64,000 nt of DNA from Octopus bimaculoides (taxonomy: Eukaryota), in NCBI RefSeq assembly GCF_001194135.2, contig NC_069000.1, positions 1,174,588 to 1,238,587 of the forward strand, given 5' to 3'. The position numbers and the translations under genes were made by a program. This document shows positions 42,560-55,421 of this stretch, piece after piece; the first letter of the stretch is position 1; each line of letters opens with the position of its first letter. The notes below the pieces were generated by a model, which saw only the letters and a program-made list of their open reading frames with translations, ran no database searches and was not told where the DNA came from.

Positions 42560-43005
42560 ATGGAACAAAATCTCATCGTAACTGTTGAACTAGCAGAGAA
42601 GCTTGGATTTGATCATTCAACCATTCATCGACACTCACACACCATTGGAAAAGTCAGCAAATTGGGTCCGTGGGTTCCTCACAAACTTTCCAAGTCTAAG
42701 TGTGTGCAGAGAGTGAATGTGTGCTTTTCTTTGCTGTCACGTCTCATGAATGAACCTCTTTCAGACCAAATAGTGAAGAAATGAGTTCTCTATAAAAAAT
42801 GTCTTGCCAGGCATTGCTCCATCTGATTATCGTTTATTCCACAATCTTCAAAATCGTATGAACGGAAAAAATATGAATTCTGCAGACGAGGAGTATTTTT
42901 CATCAAGGGCAAAGGAATTTTGGAAGAGGGGCCTTGCGAGTCTACCAAATAGATGGAAGAGCATTGTAGAAAATGAAGGAGAGAGTATTTTAGATTTTTA
43001 AAGTC
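42560..43005 (+). mobile_element. Internally deleted mariner (Tc1/mariner) transposase remnant
   Basis: HTH ELAEKLGFDHSTIHRH, WVPHKL (WVPHEL motif), PGIAPSDYRLF (YSPDLAPSDY motif) and C-terminal LPNRWKSIVENEG are present; most of the catalytic core is missing. Confidence 0.88.
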
Positions 43006-43144
43006 AAGGTTATTTGGATAAACTGAGACAAAGGCAGTGTATTTCAACAGAAATATGGGACCAAGATGGTTAGAATTAAAATCCCTCACTAAACTGTAAG
43101 GGCTGAGTGCATTTTAAGGCGAGTAACATGTAACTTTGTTGGTT

Positions 43145-43345
43145 CTTAGTTGTTGTTGTTGTTTGGCCCTCAAGTCAGCCATGATTCAGTAGACCCCTTA
43201 TGATCAAAGGCATTCCAGTCTTTACACCCAACTCCTATCGATTTTAAGGAGTACAGAATCCATTGTCTCCCACCACCCCTTTTACACCATTGTGTCTCGC
43301 TAATAAATCAATATTTAATGTTATTAAGAAGAGAAAATTACAAAG

Positions 43346-43386
<41 letters not shown>

Positions 43387-44050
43387 TTCCTTCCTTCCTT
43401 TTTCCTCTTCCTCCTCTCTCTCTCTCTCTCTCTCTCTCGCACTTCCTTCCCTTTTCATCTCCTTCCTCTCTCTCTCTCTCTCAAATGGCTGAAACAATTG
43501 AATGAAGTTCAGATGTAGAATTTACATCTTAAATAGTGATGGTGGTGGTGGTGGTGGTTTGGCCCCAAGTCAGCCCTACATCAAAGGGTGTATGATCAAA
43601 GATATTGATTCCACCCCTACCTTTATATATATCTGTGGACTACATTGTCCAATGTGTTCTTTCTCTTTTAAGACAGTAGAGCTTGATTTGAGGGTGATTT
43701 CATTGCTATTTCTAGCAGACTGAGCTGCTGTGTGGAGGCTTCCTTCTTGGCTCATATACTACATAGTCGTTGTTGTTTAGCCCCAGCTCGGGCGTGATCC
43801 TAGGACCGCTGTATCACTCAATCAACCAGACTCTTGGATGCTCGTCTCAATGCACTTCTCACACTTTCTTGATTGTGCCATCCTGCTCCATTTTGGCCCA
43901 AATCTCCTTCCGATGGCCTTTCCCAATCTCTTGGATATAACTTGGCAATTGCACAGGTCCATCAATTGTCTTTGAACCTTTCAACATGTCTGGTCCAGTT
44001 TGAGGGAGGCTTGGCTGCTATTTATAGCTGGTTTAGTGATTTCATTGAGA
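43145..44050 (-). mobile_element. Three same-orientation tails of a short interspersed repeat ending in (AAC)n
   Basis: Repeated GTTGTTGTTT(G/A)GCCCC-type starts at about 43150, 43550 and 43770; related plus-strand pieces near 4210, 4590 and 29510-29620. Confidence 0.45.
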
Positions 44051-44910
44051 CTCCTTCCTAGCCATGGTTGATTTTGATGCAATGCTAGGTAGAGGAATGC
44101 ATTTTTTTTTTCTTTTTTTGAAAAGAAATTAGAAAGAAAAAAGATGGTGAAGTAGCAGCCCCACCTAGCTGAAGGTCTTCTCCATTGTGTGGATGTAGTT
44201 TTGTGAATGTGAAGGGGACATTTGATGACAAGATTGTGGGTGGGGGGGGACAATGTGCTGAGAAAGCAAGCATTTAGTGAATGAATGAAGGACAAAAGCA
44301 GTGTTCAGTCAGGTATACAAGTTTTTCAGAATGGATGCTCTAAATATAGAGTCTGGCTCCTGGGCCTCCTTTTTTTCTCTTTTTTTATATTTTTTGTTAT
44401 TTTTTTTCCCCTTTCTAATACTTTTGTAAACCTCACTTCAATGAATTCACCTCACCAACTCCCACTGCCCTCCCCCCATAGGCTATTGGCTCTCTTAGTC
44501 TGTCCACCTGCTCTTCACATCAGGTGTGAATGAGGTTGTTGTTACTGGGAGTTGGTCGTTGCTGTGGTGGTGGTGGTGGGCAGACTTAAATGCTAATTAG
44601 CAGTTATCATCTTGCCAAACATTGAGAGTCTAGGTGGCATGCAGTGATGAAGATGATGATGATGATGATGGTGAAAGCAAAACAGTTTTTAACTGGTGAG
44701 TGAGTATTTAGCTATTTGCCTGGCAAACTAATCTAGACTTTATGTAGGTTTAATGGGATCTTTTCTACTCTAACAAAGTCAATTTGCCAACATAATTCTT
44801 CTATCTTCTTGCATTCAGTATTTTTAACCCTTAAAAATAACATCCTTTTTTTTTTTTTTTTTGGCCTTCTTTTATGCAACTGCACATAACTGTTCTAATT
44901 GTAGATTCTT

Positions 44911-45330
44911 GGTGTGGCCATGTGGTAAAAGATGCTTCCTAATCATGTGGTTTCGGGTTCTGTCCCACTGTGCCGCTCCTTGGACAAGTGTCTTCTATAG
45001 CTCCAGGTCAACCAAAGCCTTGTGAGTGGATTTGGTTGACGGAAACTAAAAGAAGCCCATTGTGTGTGTGTGTGCGTGTGTACCCGTATACCCATCTTAA
45101 CATCAAATGATGATTGTAAACAAGGTTATGTACTTGCTTCTAGTCTTCTGTGAAAAACCTGTTTGGTCAAGGAACCTCCCCAATACACATGCATACAATG
45201 TGGCTTCCATGACAAACAGAATGTTCATGGCATGGAATTTTCATGGGAGGGTAAAAAAAAAAAGTGCCCTTCCTTCAGGGGTTGTTTTCAAGTCCTCATT
45301 TTGTTGACATGGTAACAGGTAAGTGTACCT
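44911..45330 (+). mobile_element. SINE
   Basis: Head and CORE homologous to the 40289 copy. Confidence 0.7.
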
Positions 45331-46060
45331 TGCCACACCTCCCTTGTTACTCAGGTCTTAAACAACCAGAACAAATATTACTTAATGCTGCCAATCCCTC
45401 TGCCATTCCTTTTCACTCTCTAACAACTTGACCAATATGTCATGTGTTGCAAGTAAATTAAATTCTTTAGTTGCAAGTTTTGGATTTTGTCATATCCTGG
45501 CTGTGTGTATTCCAGTTGTTTTATGTTTGTCTTATTCCATTCTTCTTTTTAAATGCCATTTTTAGGTTTTGTTTGTTTTTTATTTATATATATTTTATTT
45601 CACTTCATCAAATAAATTATGACTCAATTCTATCAGGTTTCTTTTCTTTTCCTTCATGTTTCTTTCTCAAATTTATCCAGCATCTTCTTTCGATGGATGT
45701 CGACCCCCCCCCCCCTTTTTTTTTCTTTTTCATTCTCTGAAAATGTTATTTGGTTTATTCTATGACTTTTCTTCATCTTATCTGATTCGGTTTTTTGCCA
45801 GAATTTTTGTTGAATAAATTTTTATTATCTTCTTTCTCATTCCTCTTCTTTTCTAATATCTTTTTGATGGTAGTTAGCTCTGAATTATGGCTAATGTTTT
45901 ATGCTGGAATTGAAATAATTAAAGAAAATCATGTTTTTCTTTTTCTACTTCTCACTGCATAGCACGTTGGGCAAGTGTCTTCTACTATAGCCTTGGACTG
46001 ATCAAAATTTGAGGCAATCATCATTATTATTATTATTATTGTTATTATTATTATTATTAA

Positions 46061-46230
46061 TGGAAGTGAGCTGGCAGAGTTGTTGGCACACCGGGCAAAA
46101 TGCTTAGCGGCATTTCGTCCTTCTTTATGTTCTGAGTTCAAATTCCGCCGAGGTCGACTTTGCCTTTCATCCTTTCAGGGTCAATGAAAGGCAAAGTACC
46201 AGTGGGGTCGATCCAATCGACTGGCCCCCA
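46061..46230 (+). mobile_element. Second tRNA-derived SINE family, CpG-retaining copy; a reverse fragment lies at about 30880-30955
   Basis: GAGCTGGCAGAG head, GAGTTCAAATTCC B-box, central GCCTTTCATCCTTTCAGGGTC domain. Confidence 0.7.
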
Positions 46231-46429
46231 CCCACCAATATTAGTATGCTAACATTTTGTTTTTGTACACACCTGCTGTGTGCTTCACATTTACTTCAAA
46301 GAATTGTAAGTGAAAAGGTGTCTGTAGAATCTGTGCAAACCTGTCAAATGGATTGCTCTGGTCTCAACATAAAAGGATGTGATATAAGGATACAAGTTGA
46401 CATAGTCAAGTAGAGACATAGATAAACAT

Positions 46430-46775
46430 ATATTAGCATCATCATCATCAAACAGTATTTTTGCATGCTTACATATTTCTGTGGCTGGAGGCCCTTCCTG
46501 TTGCCAACCCTCGTCTGTTTCCAAGCAAAGTAATATTTCACCATAACTAGACACGCTTTTCATAGAAGACTCGAAACAAACAACCCCACTTGTATGCCAG
46601 CATGTAATGTCTAAACAACACTACACAGAAATACATAGGCACACATTAGGCTTCTTACAGTTTCCCATCTACCAAATCCACTTGTAAAGCTTTGGTCAGC
46701 CCAGGGTTCTCCAAAATGCTGTACATTGGCACTGAACATTAGATCACATGGTTGGGAAGCACAGCCAAACCTGCA
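46430..46775 (-). mobile_element. Reverse-oriented RTE-tail and CORE-SINE fragments
   Basis: (CAT)n, GCCCTTCCTGTTGCCAACC, then CTACCAAATCCACTTGTAAAGCTTTGG. Confidence 0.6.
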
Positions 46776-46836
46776 CACACACACACACAGCCATTATTAA
46801 TAATTGGCAGAAGTTTTTATTCATAATAAAAGAAAA

Positions 46837-46873
<37 letters not shown>

Positions 46874-47432
46874 TCATTTTTTGCATTCTATGCATTACCA
46901 AACCTATACACACACACATGCACACACACACATGCACATGCATGTGCATGTGCTTGCCAAGCGAACTTCTTAACCACATGGCTTTGAAACCAAAACAAAA
47001 CCAACGATAGCAACTGTTGTTTTTTTCCATTCTCTTTGCCTTCTTGTTGACATTTTATGATAAACTGCAGCAAGGATTAAAAAGGCCAGTTTACGTTGTG
47101 TTGAGGTGATTTAAGTCAATGTCAGTTTGTTATTGTTATTGTTTATATTTGTTATCAACGTTTTTATCTCTGGTGTGTGTGTGTGTGTGAGGATGGGCAT
47201 GGAAATAACATTCCTTTATACAGGGTGTTTAAAAAGTCTCCGCGGTGAATTGTGGGATCGATATTTTTTGAAGACACCACCAACACTGAGAGACATTGCT
47301 CAAATATTGTCTCTCCATTTGTAAGACCAACTCACTGAAAGTGAAATTAATAATGCATACTTTCAGCAAGAGAGCCATGATACATATTGTCCTTTGCCAT
47401 AGATTTTCCAGTTTTATGTCAGCTCTGAGATA

Positions 47433-47600
47433 TTAAACCCTTTTGTTACCATTTTACTATTGAAAAACACTGCGTTTGTTCCAATTAATTTAGAAAATAA
47501 TTAAGATTTTAGTAAAATTGTCACTACTAAGCTGGTGTTTGGAACATAAATTACCATGAAGATTATTTGCACGAAAGCTTATGTTGAAATCACTTTAAAA
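47433..47600 (+). mobile_element. Non-autonomous DNA-element end, possibly piggyBac-like; reverse-oriented related copies near 43005-43075 and 54893-54965
   Basis: TTAA-ACCCTTTTGTTACCAT...; the same sequence recurs inverted twice in the window. Confidence 0.4.
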
Positions 47601-48130
47601 CAGGAAGTTTATGTCATGAAAACTAGAACCATCTCTGGCAGATTAGCTGCAAGCATTGTGTCTCTCTCCATTTTACTTTTAAGCTGACATTCTGCAGTAT
47701 GTCTTTCTATGTCCTTCATTTTGTAAAGGTGATATGTTCCAGTTTTAGGAGATTTTGTTATTGCTTCTGGCAGATAGGTTTACATTAAAATAAGATTATA
47801 AATTTGCCTAGACGTAGGCCTGTGTTTGTCCCATAAATAATGTTTATCAGTGGGGAAATATTTACAACACGAGCCATTGTGATTGTTCTAAAATATGATT
47901 ATGCTGCAATGGAATCTAAATGGAAATGAGAATGAGTCAGCCGGTCATTATTCCAAATATTATCCTTGTCAATAAAAGCAAACATCGCACTAAATGCTTT
48001 GCTTTTGTCAAACTGAAAAATTAAAACTGTCCTCAATAAAGATGGAAGAAGTCATTATAAATAAATAAATATTTCCCAAAACACATAAAAGTGTCATAGT
48101 TTACAGAAGTGCTTCATAAACATGTATCAG

Positions 48131-48290
48131 TTGGTGCAGGTGTGGCTGGCTGTCTGGTTAAGAAGTCTGTTTCCCAACCACGGGGTCTTGGGTTCAGTCC
48201 CAGGCAAGTGTTTTCTACTACAGCCTTGGCTTTACCAAAGCCTTGGGAGTAGATTTGGTAAATGGAAACTGAGAGAAGCTGTTAGGGTAC
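48131..48290 (+). mobile_element. SINE 5' half fused to the reverse RTE fragment
   Basis: GGTGCAGGTGTGGCT...GGGTTCAGTCCC...GGAAACTGAGAGAAGC. Confidence 0.7.
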
Positions 48291-48835
48291 GACACTTCTT
48301 TACACAGTTGTCTCTCTTGCACACCATATCTGACACTTCTTATGTCCAACTTTTCTCTCAAGAAGCTTACACTCTGTCGTGCATGTACACTGACATTACA
48401 CATCCAGCGGAGCATGCTAGCTTCATTTCTTTCAAGGCTACGCATGTCCTCAGCAGTCACGGCCCATGTTTCACTGCCATGTAGCATGGCTGTTCACACA
48501 CAAGCATCATACATTCTACCTTTCACTTTGAGCAAGAGGCCCTTTGTTACCAGCAAGGGAGGAGCTTTCTGAACTTTGCCCAGGCTATTCTTATTCTAGC
48601 AGCTATGCTCTCAGAACATCCACTCCCACTACTGATTTGGTCACTGAGGTAACAAAAACTATCAACTACTTCTAGTTTTTCCCCTAGCATGTGATGGAAT
48701 CTGTTTTCTGTACATCTTCAGTGTTTATTGCACCTGTGCATTTGCCACACACAAAAACTATCTTCCCAGTTAACCTTCCTTTGATATTGCTGCACCTCTT
48801 ATGTGTCCATAGCTTACACTGGGTAAACATCACCA
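48290..48835 (-). mobile_element. RTE LINE C-terminal fragment
   Basis: MLHGSETWAVTAEDMRSLERNEASMLRWMCNV and TQCKLWTHKRCSNIKGRLTGKIVFVCGKC are typical RTE post-RT sequence. Confidence 0.85.
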
Positions 48836-49110
48836 AACTAGAAATATTATGAAAAATGTTGAAGAGTTGCAATGTGTAAAAATATGATCCTGAGAAAAAA
48901 TCTGTAAAGGCATTTGGCCATAGGATACATTGAACCAATAAGTGCTACTCCAACCCATGCCAGCATGGAAAAAGTGGACATAAAATGCAACAGTGTTAAT
49001 ACATATATCTACATAACCATAAGTCTATTGTTTCTTGTCTTGTTATGTTTGTCTGACGGAAGAGAGTAAAGAGAATAGTCTTAGAGTTGGAAAAAATTAG
49101 GTTATTTCAT

Positions 49111-49158
<48 letters not shown>

Positions 49159-49709
49159 TGTATAGGTGTGTATAAATATGTATATACGTGTGTGTATATA
49201 TGTATACATATGTGTGTGTGTGTATTGGTTAGGGATGGCCTCTGATGAGTTGTCATATTTAGTCACTAAGTCCCTCGATGTCAAAATGAACTTAGCCAAT
49301 CAATAAATAAAGATCGATAAAACAGCACCAGACAAAGTACTGGGCCACCGTCCAAAAAGAAACTCAAACCTTGAAGCGAGTTAAAGAGTGCTTTCATCTT
49401 TTGATATCTTTCCATAAATTAGATGCCTAATTCCTTGAACCATTATTCAAGTCTATAAATCTTCACAAGAAGAATATCTCTTGCAGAAGAGAGTTCTGCT
49501 AATATATTCCGTCTCTTATTCCTGAATCCTTTCTTTATTATTGAAATACTCTCTTCTGCAGTTCCACTGCCACCTCTTCAGTATTACCATGATATCCACC
49601 TTATCCTGCAATAATTAGGTTACCAAACGTCTGTGTTGCCTTATTCCAGAGCAAATTTCTTGAATTACTTATCATATTCCTTGGCACTAAACCTAAACTC
49701 AGAAACTCT

Positions 49710-49960
49710 TGTTGATTGGCTGGCTGGCTGACTGGCTGGTTGGATGGCAGGCTGGTTGGCAGGTTGGATGTATGGCTGGCTGGATGGCTGGTTGGCTGGT
49801 TGGATTGCTGACTGGCTGGTTGGCTTGTTGGATGGCTGGCTGGCTGGCTGGCTGGATGGTTGGATTGCTGGTTGGCTGGTTGGATTGTTGGTTGATGGCT
49901 GGCTGGCTGGTTGGTTAGATGGATAGTTGGCTGGCTGGTTGGTTGGTTGGTTGGTCAGTT
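49710..49960. repeat. Degenerate (GGCT/GGTT/GGAT)n tetranucleotide array
   Basis: Directly visible. Confidence 0.9.
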
Positions 49961-50279
49961 CATTGGCACCTCTCACTTGCAACAATGTCTTTCTTTCTTA
50001 TTTATTCTGTCAGTAAAACAATTAATTCAAGTAAAACAACTACTTCTCGTTTATTTACATGCTGATAACTATTTTTATTTCTTTTTTTTTATTTGATTTG
50101 TTTTGTTTTTTCTTTCAATCTCTTTATATATGCATAAGAAATATAGAAATACAGCCAAATAAAGGAAGTCTTAGAGGAAATTAACAGACATTAATGCCAG
50201 CCGAGTGTCTCGAGATATTACTGAATTCAAAGACCTGCTTTATGGCCACTTAGGCATGCAAAGAATAATAATGATGATG

Positions 50280-50313
<34 letters not shown>

Positions 50314-50643
50314 TCCTTTCTTTTATTGTGTCCCTTGGCCTCTTTTATGAATGCAACAGAAGGCATGTGCACACACACACAGTTATATGAAAACACAGGA
50401 TATGCATTCATAGCTCTATAAAAATGAAGGCCAGGACAAGAATTGTCATACAATAACTTTTTATCATTTTACTTGTTTCAGTCATTGGACTGTGGCCATA
50501 CTGGGGCACCACCTTGTAGAGTTTAGTTCTGTGGTTCTCAACCTGGGTGGGTGGGTGGTTCCATATAAAACTTTTCAGGGGCCAAATAGATAAAATAGTA
50601 AATTGAGGCTCTGTGGTAGTATTGTAGGGGCTGATGAAAAAAT

Positions 50644-50812
50644 TTTGTGACCCTTGTCTTTTACTACCTCCTTTGTGACCCTTGTCTTTTATCGTCTCCT
50701 TTGTGACCCTTGTTTTTTATCGTCTCATTTGTGGCCCTTGTCTCACTACCTCCTTTGTGACCCTTATCTTTTACCATCTCCTTTGTAACCCTTGTCTTTT
50801 ATCTTCTCCTTT
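50644..50812. repeat. Minisatellite, about 28-bp unit x6
   Basis: The unit TTTGTGACCCTTGTCTTTTAYNRYCTCC is repeated contiguously with no spacers. Confidence 0.9.
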
Positions 50813-52664
50813 ATTGTTTCATTCTCAGTTTTGATGTTGCCTCTCCTTCTGCCCTGCATTTATCAATGGAGCTTATATCATGCCACATATCATTTAAGGC
50901 CCCTTTTCTTTGTCCCTTTGAAGGCATGTGGAAACTCGCTCAAGCCTTCATGAAGGATAAATAGTTCCCTTTCCCCCTTACATTGATAAATTCCTCAGGC
51001 AAGGAAGCACAACCTTTTGTAACATACCACTGCCATGCCTCTTTCTTGGACTGGATTCAACCTATAGTCTAAAACCTCCTTTTGCAGCAAAGGCATTGTT
51101 GTTGGTTCATTTGTTAAGATTTTGCAAGTTTTCATTGCTGTTGTTTATATTTCTGTTAGTTGTGCAAGTTTTCGTTTGCAAATGTCAAAATCTGATTGTC
51201 TGTGTTTGTGAATATATATTTCATTGTCACTTTTCTGTTTTTCTATTTTTAATTAATTTTCAAATATTCGAAAATTATTTCAACATTCACCATTCTTTGT
51301 TGGGGTGAAGAGGGAAAAAAACTGGTTAAACCAACTACAATACTTAGATGAAACTTGTTTTGTCCATCACAGATAAATGACAGGAAAAATTCAACTCTGG
51401 ACGATATTTGAAATCAGAAAGGCACATGATTGAATACCTCATAATATTTTATCCCCTGTTACTTGGCCATCTGTTGCCCTGTTTTATCTGCTCATCTTTT
51501 ATAAACTTAGGAAATGATTGTTAATAGTCTTTCATCGAAGTTCTTTCAGGATCTGTAAATTTCCTTCTCATGTCTTTTCTTGATTGATTTTGTTGTATAA
51601 AGTATCTGTGAAGTGGTAATAAGAGTGCCCAGCCTTAAACTGATTTTAATGGCAGGGTGGGTCAGATTAGAAGAAATAATAAAACTCTGATACAAATAGG
51701 TCCTTTATAAACCTTGTTTTTCTTTTAAATGTTAAACTCATTCTGACTTTCCACCGAGCAACCACCTTCATCTATATAGTTGCTCATTTGTGCTGCACCA
51801 ACTTCAGGTAAATTCTATCACAAACAAAGGACCCTCTCTATGGTCTCTCCATCTTCTGGAAATAGAAGATAAAATAATCTGAAAAATCAAAACCCTACTG
51901 TCCTAATATTTAAACCCTAACCCTTCATATATTAATTCTTGTAGGACCACCATAGCATAAGGGTTATAAAGAAATATGGATAGAGTATCAGAGTTATATG
52001 TCTCCCTGTGAAATTAGGTCCTCTGATTAAATTATAGGGTTTCATTCTAACAGATTTTAAGGAAGATTATACCCACACATGCATGTGTAAATGTGTGCAT
52101 GTGTGTGTTGTTTTTACAAGTGTAAGAGTATTCATGTTGAGTGTATGAAGCTGAGGATTCATTCAGTCTCTAATAAGTTTCCCACACAATAGTTCATACC
52201 CATCTTAGTCTGGGAGAAGACACCAAGGTAGAACATTTGAGAACTGAGGGCATGAATCGTCAGCTCCATGTCTGTATGTATGTATATAAAATGTGTGTGT
52301 GTGTATATATATATATATACACACACACATACATACACATACACGCTCTATACACGAATTCTTTGTAATTCCTTTTTTAATTTCCTTTTTGTGATTTCAT
52401 TTTTTGTGATTATATTTTTTATATATGTACTTTATTTTGGTAGTATATTGTTACTATAATTATTATTATTATTGTTATTATTGTTTCCAGTGATTTTTGT
52501 ATATTTATGCATTGTTGTTTTATTCTTGATGTTATTGATTGTACTTTTTTATTTTAATTTATTTTTGTTTTCTTTTTCTTTTCTTTTTTTTTCGTTTCTC
52601 TGTTTCTTTTTTTTTTTTTTTTCCTGCTCCTCTCTCGACCATTTCCAATTCCACTCAACGAAAG

Positions 52665-52817
52665 ACTATTCTGACCGTCCCTCTAGATTCTGCTGTCGTC
52701 CCAAACCAACAAACATGGTTCCCCTCGAAGGGAACCATTTTAAAAGGGATTATCCCACTCGATGTGCGACTTAAAAACATCTTACGTATGGCTGGCATTT
52801 AGCCAACTTCCCTTCCG
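52665..52817 (+). other. Candidate upstream (5' UTR or N-terminal) exon of the zinc-finger gene
   Basis: Long T/C tract at about 52560-52640, first downstream AG at 52663-52664, strong donor CCG|GTGAGT at 52818-52823. Locally CpG-rich within CpG-poor flanks, so it could instead be an alternative first exon. Confidence 0.55.
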
Positions 52818-53106
52818 GTGAGTAGGCAATCAACGCCTTTCCCTGCAGACTCTCTCTCTCTCCCTCTCTCTCTCTCTCTCTGCCTTCTTTCCTTCTTCTT
52901 CACCTTCCTCCTCTATACCTGCCTTTCTTTCACTCTCACACACTCCTCTCACTAGATTTCCTTTCACTTTCTCACACATTAGTCTAGTTTCCCTTCCACT
53001 AACATTTCTTCTAATCACACCTAGTTTATTTGTTTCTTTTTCTCTCTCTCTCCCCTTCTTCAAAAGGCTTATTATTAACATTAGTGTTATCTTTATTAGT
53101 ATTTCC

Positions 53107-53151
<45 letters not shown>

Positions 53152-54267
53152 GATATTTTCTGTCTGTATTTTTTAGTTTATATTCCATGTTTTTATATGC
53201 TTAATTATTTTCTATTTCTTCAAATGTGTTACGTATGTGTGTGTGTCTGTGTTATTTAGTTTATTTTTGTGATGCAGGCTTTTATACATTATTCCACATG
53301 CACACACACACACACACACACACACTATATATGCTCACTATTTTATACACAACTTCACATCCATTTTCCAAGGTAAGCTTCGGAAATGAATGGAACAGTT
53401 AAAAATGGATTGACAGTTACAAGAAGACTGATGTCTAGCATTAACATGTTATAGTGAGTGTGTGTGTATAAATGTGTATATAAATCTCTGTGTGTGTGTG
53501 ATGTATGTATGTATATATTTCTCTATGTATAAATCATTTCCCATTGGAGTATGCTTTGCAGGGGAGACAATCTGCTGAAACTGTTATCGTAATTTCTCTT
53601 GTAAAATAATATTCTTTACCAGGCAGAGAGATGATAGATTATTTCACCCAGAAATTCTTTCCTTTGCTGAAATTTTGTGAATGAGGAACGACTCATCCAA
53701 CCCATGCCAGCATGGAAAACGGACATCAAATGATGACGATGATGATGATGATTTATTTTTAATCTAGACAGAAATCCCTACTATAAATGAACACTATCTA
53801 AATATATTGTCGTCACATTTTATGTCCCATGAAATTATTTTAAAAAAATATATACTGGGAGAATTTGTTTTAAAATGGGGTGGAGTCTTTTTTGTTTTGT
53901 CATTTTCTAAAAATTTAATGTACTGTTTCAATTTAAGATTCTGATTAAAAAGAAAATGTTTTAATCAATTTTTTATTTAATTAAAAATAATTTACCAGAT
54001 CTTGAATGTCTGATGTTCAAAACTTGTTTCTTTTTTAATTTAATAAAGAAAAACAAGGTTTTTTTTTAAAAAAAAATGAATACTTTGTTCTCCTGACAAA
54101 CATGGCCATTTGTACATCACTATCAGCTGAACAACAAAACTGAATACAAACTTTTTTAAAACACTCTGTCATTATCAAAAGTAAATTGATTTTTTAGGGA
54201 AAAAAAGCATGATTGCATGATTTCCACAAAGTTACTTTTGTAGCAAATGTACTTTTACAGCCTTCAC

Positions 54268-54286
54268 TGATAAAGGTCAAAGGTCA
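54268..54286 (+). promoter_or_regulatory. GATA site abutting a perfect nuclear-receptor DR1 element
   Basis: TGATAA (54268-54273) is followed directly by AGGTCA-A-AGGTCA (54274-54286). Confidence 0.45.
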
Positions 54287-54604
54287 CCCTTCAATTTAGT
54301 TTTTGTTATATTTAAGATGTGCAAACTTTTACAATGTATTTTACACCAGCAATTATAATAAATATGACTAAGTATTCTTTTATTCCTTTACATCATAACG
54401 CTAAAGAAAAGCCAGTGTGTATTGTACATTTGAGATTTTTGTTTTTTCTGGGATTCCGTTTCCCATAATTAGGGATGCACTTTATAGACAAGGGGTTGTT
54501 ATGCATCAATTGACACACACACACACGTCTCTTAGGATGTATGTATATATAAACCCATTCCAAATAAGTACTTGTGTATAGAATTCACCTATGTGTATAG
54601 AAGG

Positions 54605-54800
54605 AGGAGGAACGGGCCTGGTTGTGTGGTTAAGAAGCTCAGTTTGCAACCACATGGTTTCTGGTTCAGTCCCACGGTGCAGCACCTTGGCCAAGTGTCT
54701 TCTTCTATAGCCCTGGGCCAACCAAAGCCTTGTAAGCAGATTTGATAGATGGAAACTGTGATGAAGCTTGTGTGTATATATACATATAAATATGTGTGTG
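54605..54800 (+). mobile_element. CORE-type SINE
   Basis: GTGTGGTTAAGAAG...GGTTCAGTCCC...GCACCTTGGCCAAGTGTC. Confidence 0.75.
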
Positions 54801-55180
54801 TGTGTGTATATACATAATATGTATGTATATGCACACATGCTAGGAATATCATTACAAGAGCATATTTGAAAGGAGAGAATTCAAGAACAGCAAAATTATT
54901 TTTCCAAATTCTTCATTATCTTCAAAATTAATTGAAAGGAAGTTTTATTTCAGTAGAAATATGGTAAAAAAAAACAGGTGAACCCCTGAACATGGTGGAC
55001 CCTTGGTGTTTTCACTGACATCTAATCTGTTGCAGAGAAGAAACCCTCCCATTACGTTCCTGCTTCTTTTCCCCCAAAGACATAAAATCATAGAGGCCCA
55101 GGTTGGGCATCAGCCACCAGCTGCGTCGCCCTCACCTGTGGGGGGAGGGTGAAGCAGACTTACAAAGGTCATGGAAACTG

Positions 55181-55194
55181 CTGCCCCCTACTGG
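55181..55194 (-). promoter_or_regulatory. CTCF-binding motif
   Basis: The minus strand reads CCAGTAGGGGGCAG, a 14/14 match to the CCASYAGRKGGCRS consensus. Confidence 0.55.
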
Positions 55195-55421
55195 AACCGT
55201 AGTGGGTCTGGTGTAGATTGATATAAGGGAGATAACTCCTTTCAAATTTTGCACTGTCTGGCCATGAGAAATTTGTACCTGCTGTGTATACAAACACTAT
55301 TATTCATAATTGTCGATGTTAAAATCTCACCTAAGTATGTATTAATAAATGCATACCTGCCTCTAATGAATATATAAAAATATATATATATATATAATGC
55401 GTGTGTATATGTATGTTTAGA

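Noticed and set aside
50644-50812. 28-bp repeats as a CRISPR array
   Set aside because: The units are contiguous with no unique spacers, there are no cas genes, and the context is eukaryotic.
51920-51935. CCCTAACCCT as an interstitial telomere
   Set aside because: Fewer than two full units; expected by chance.
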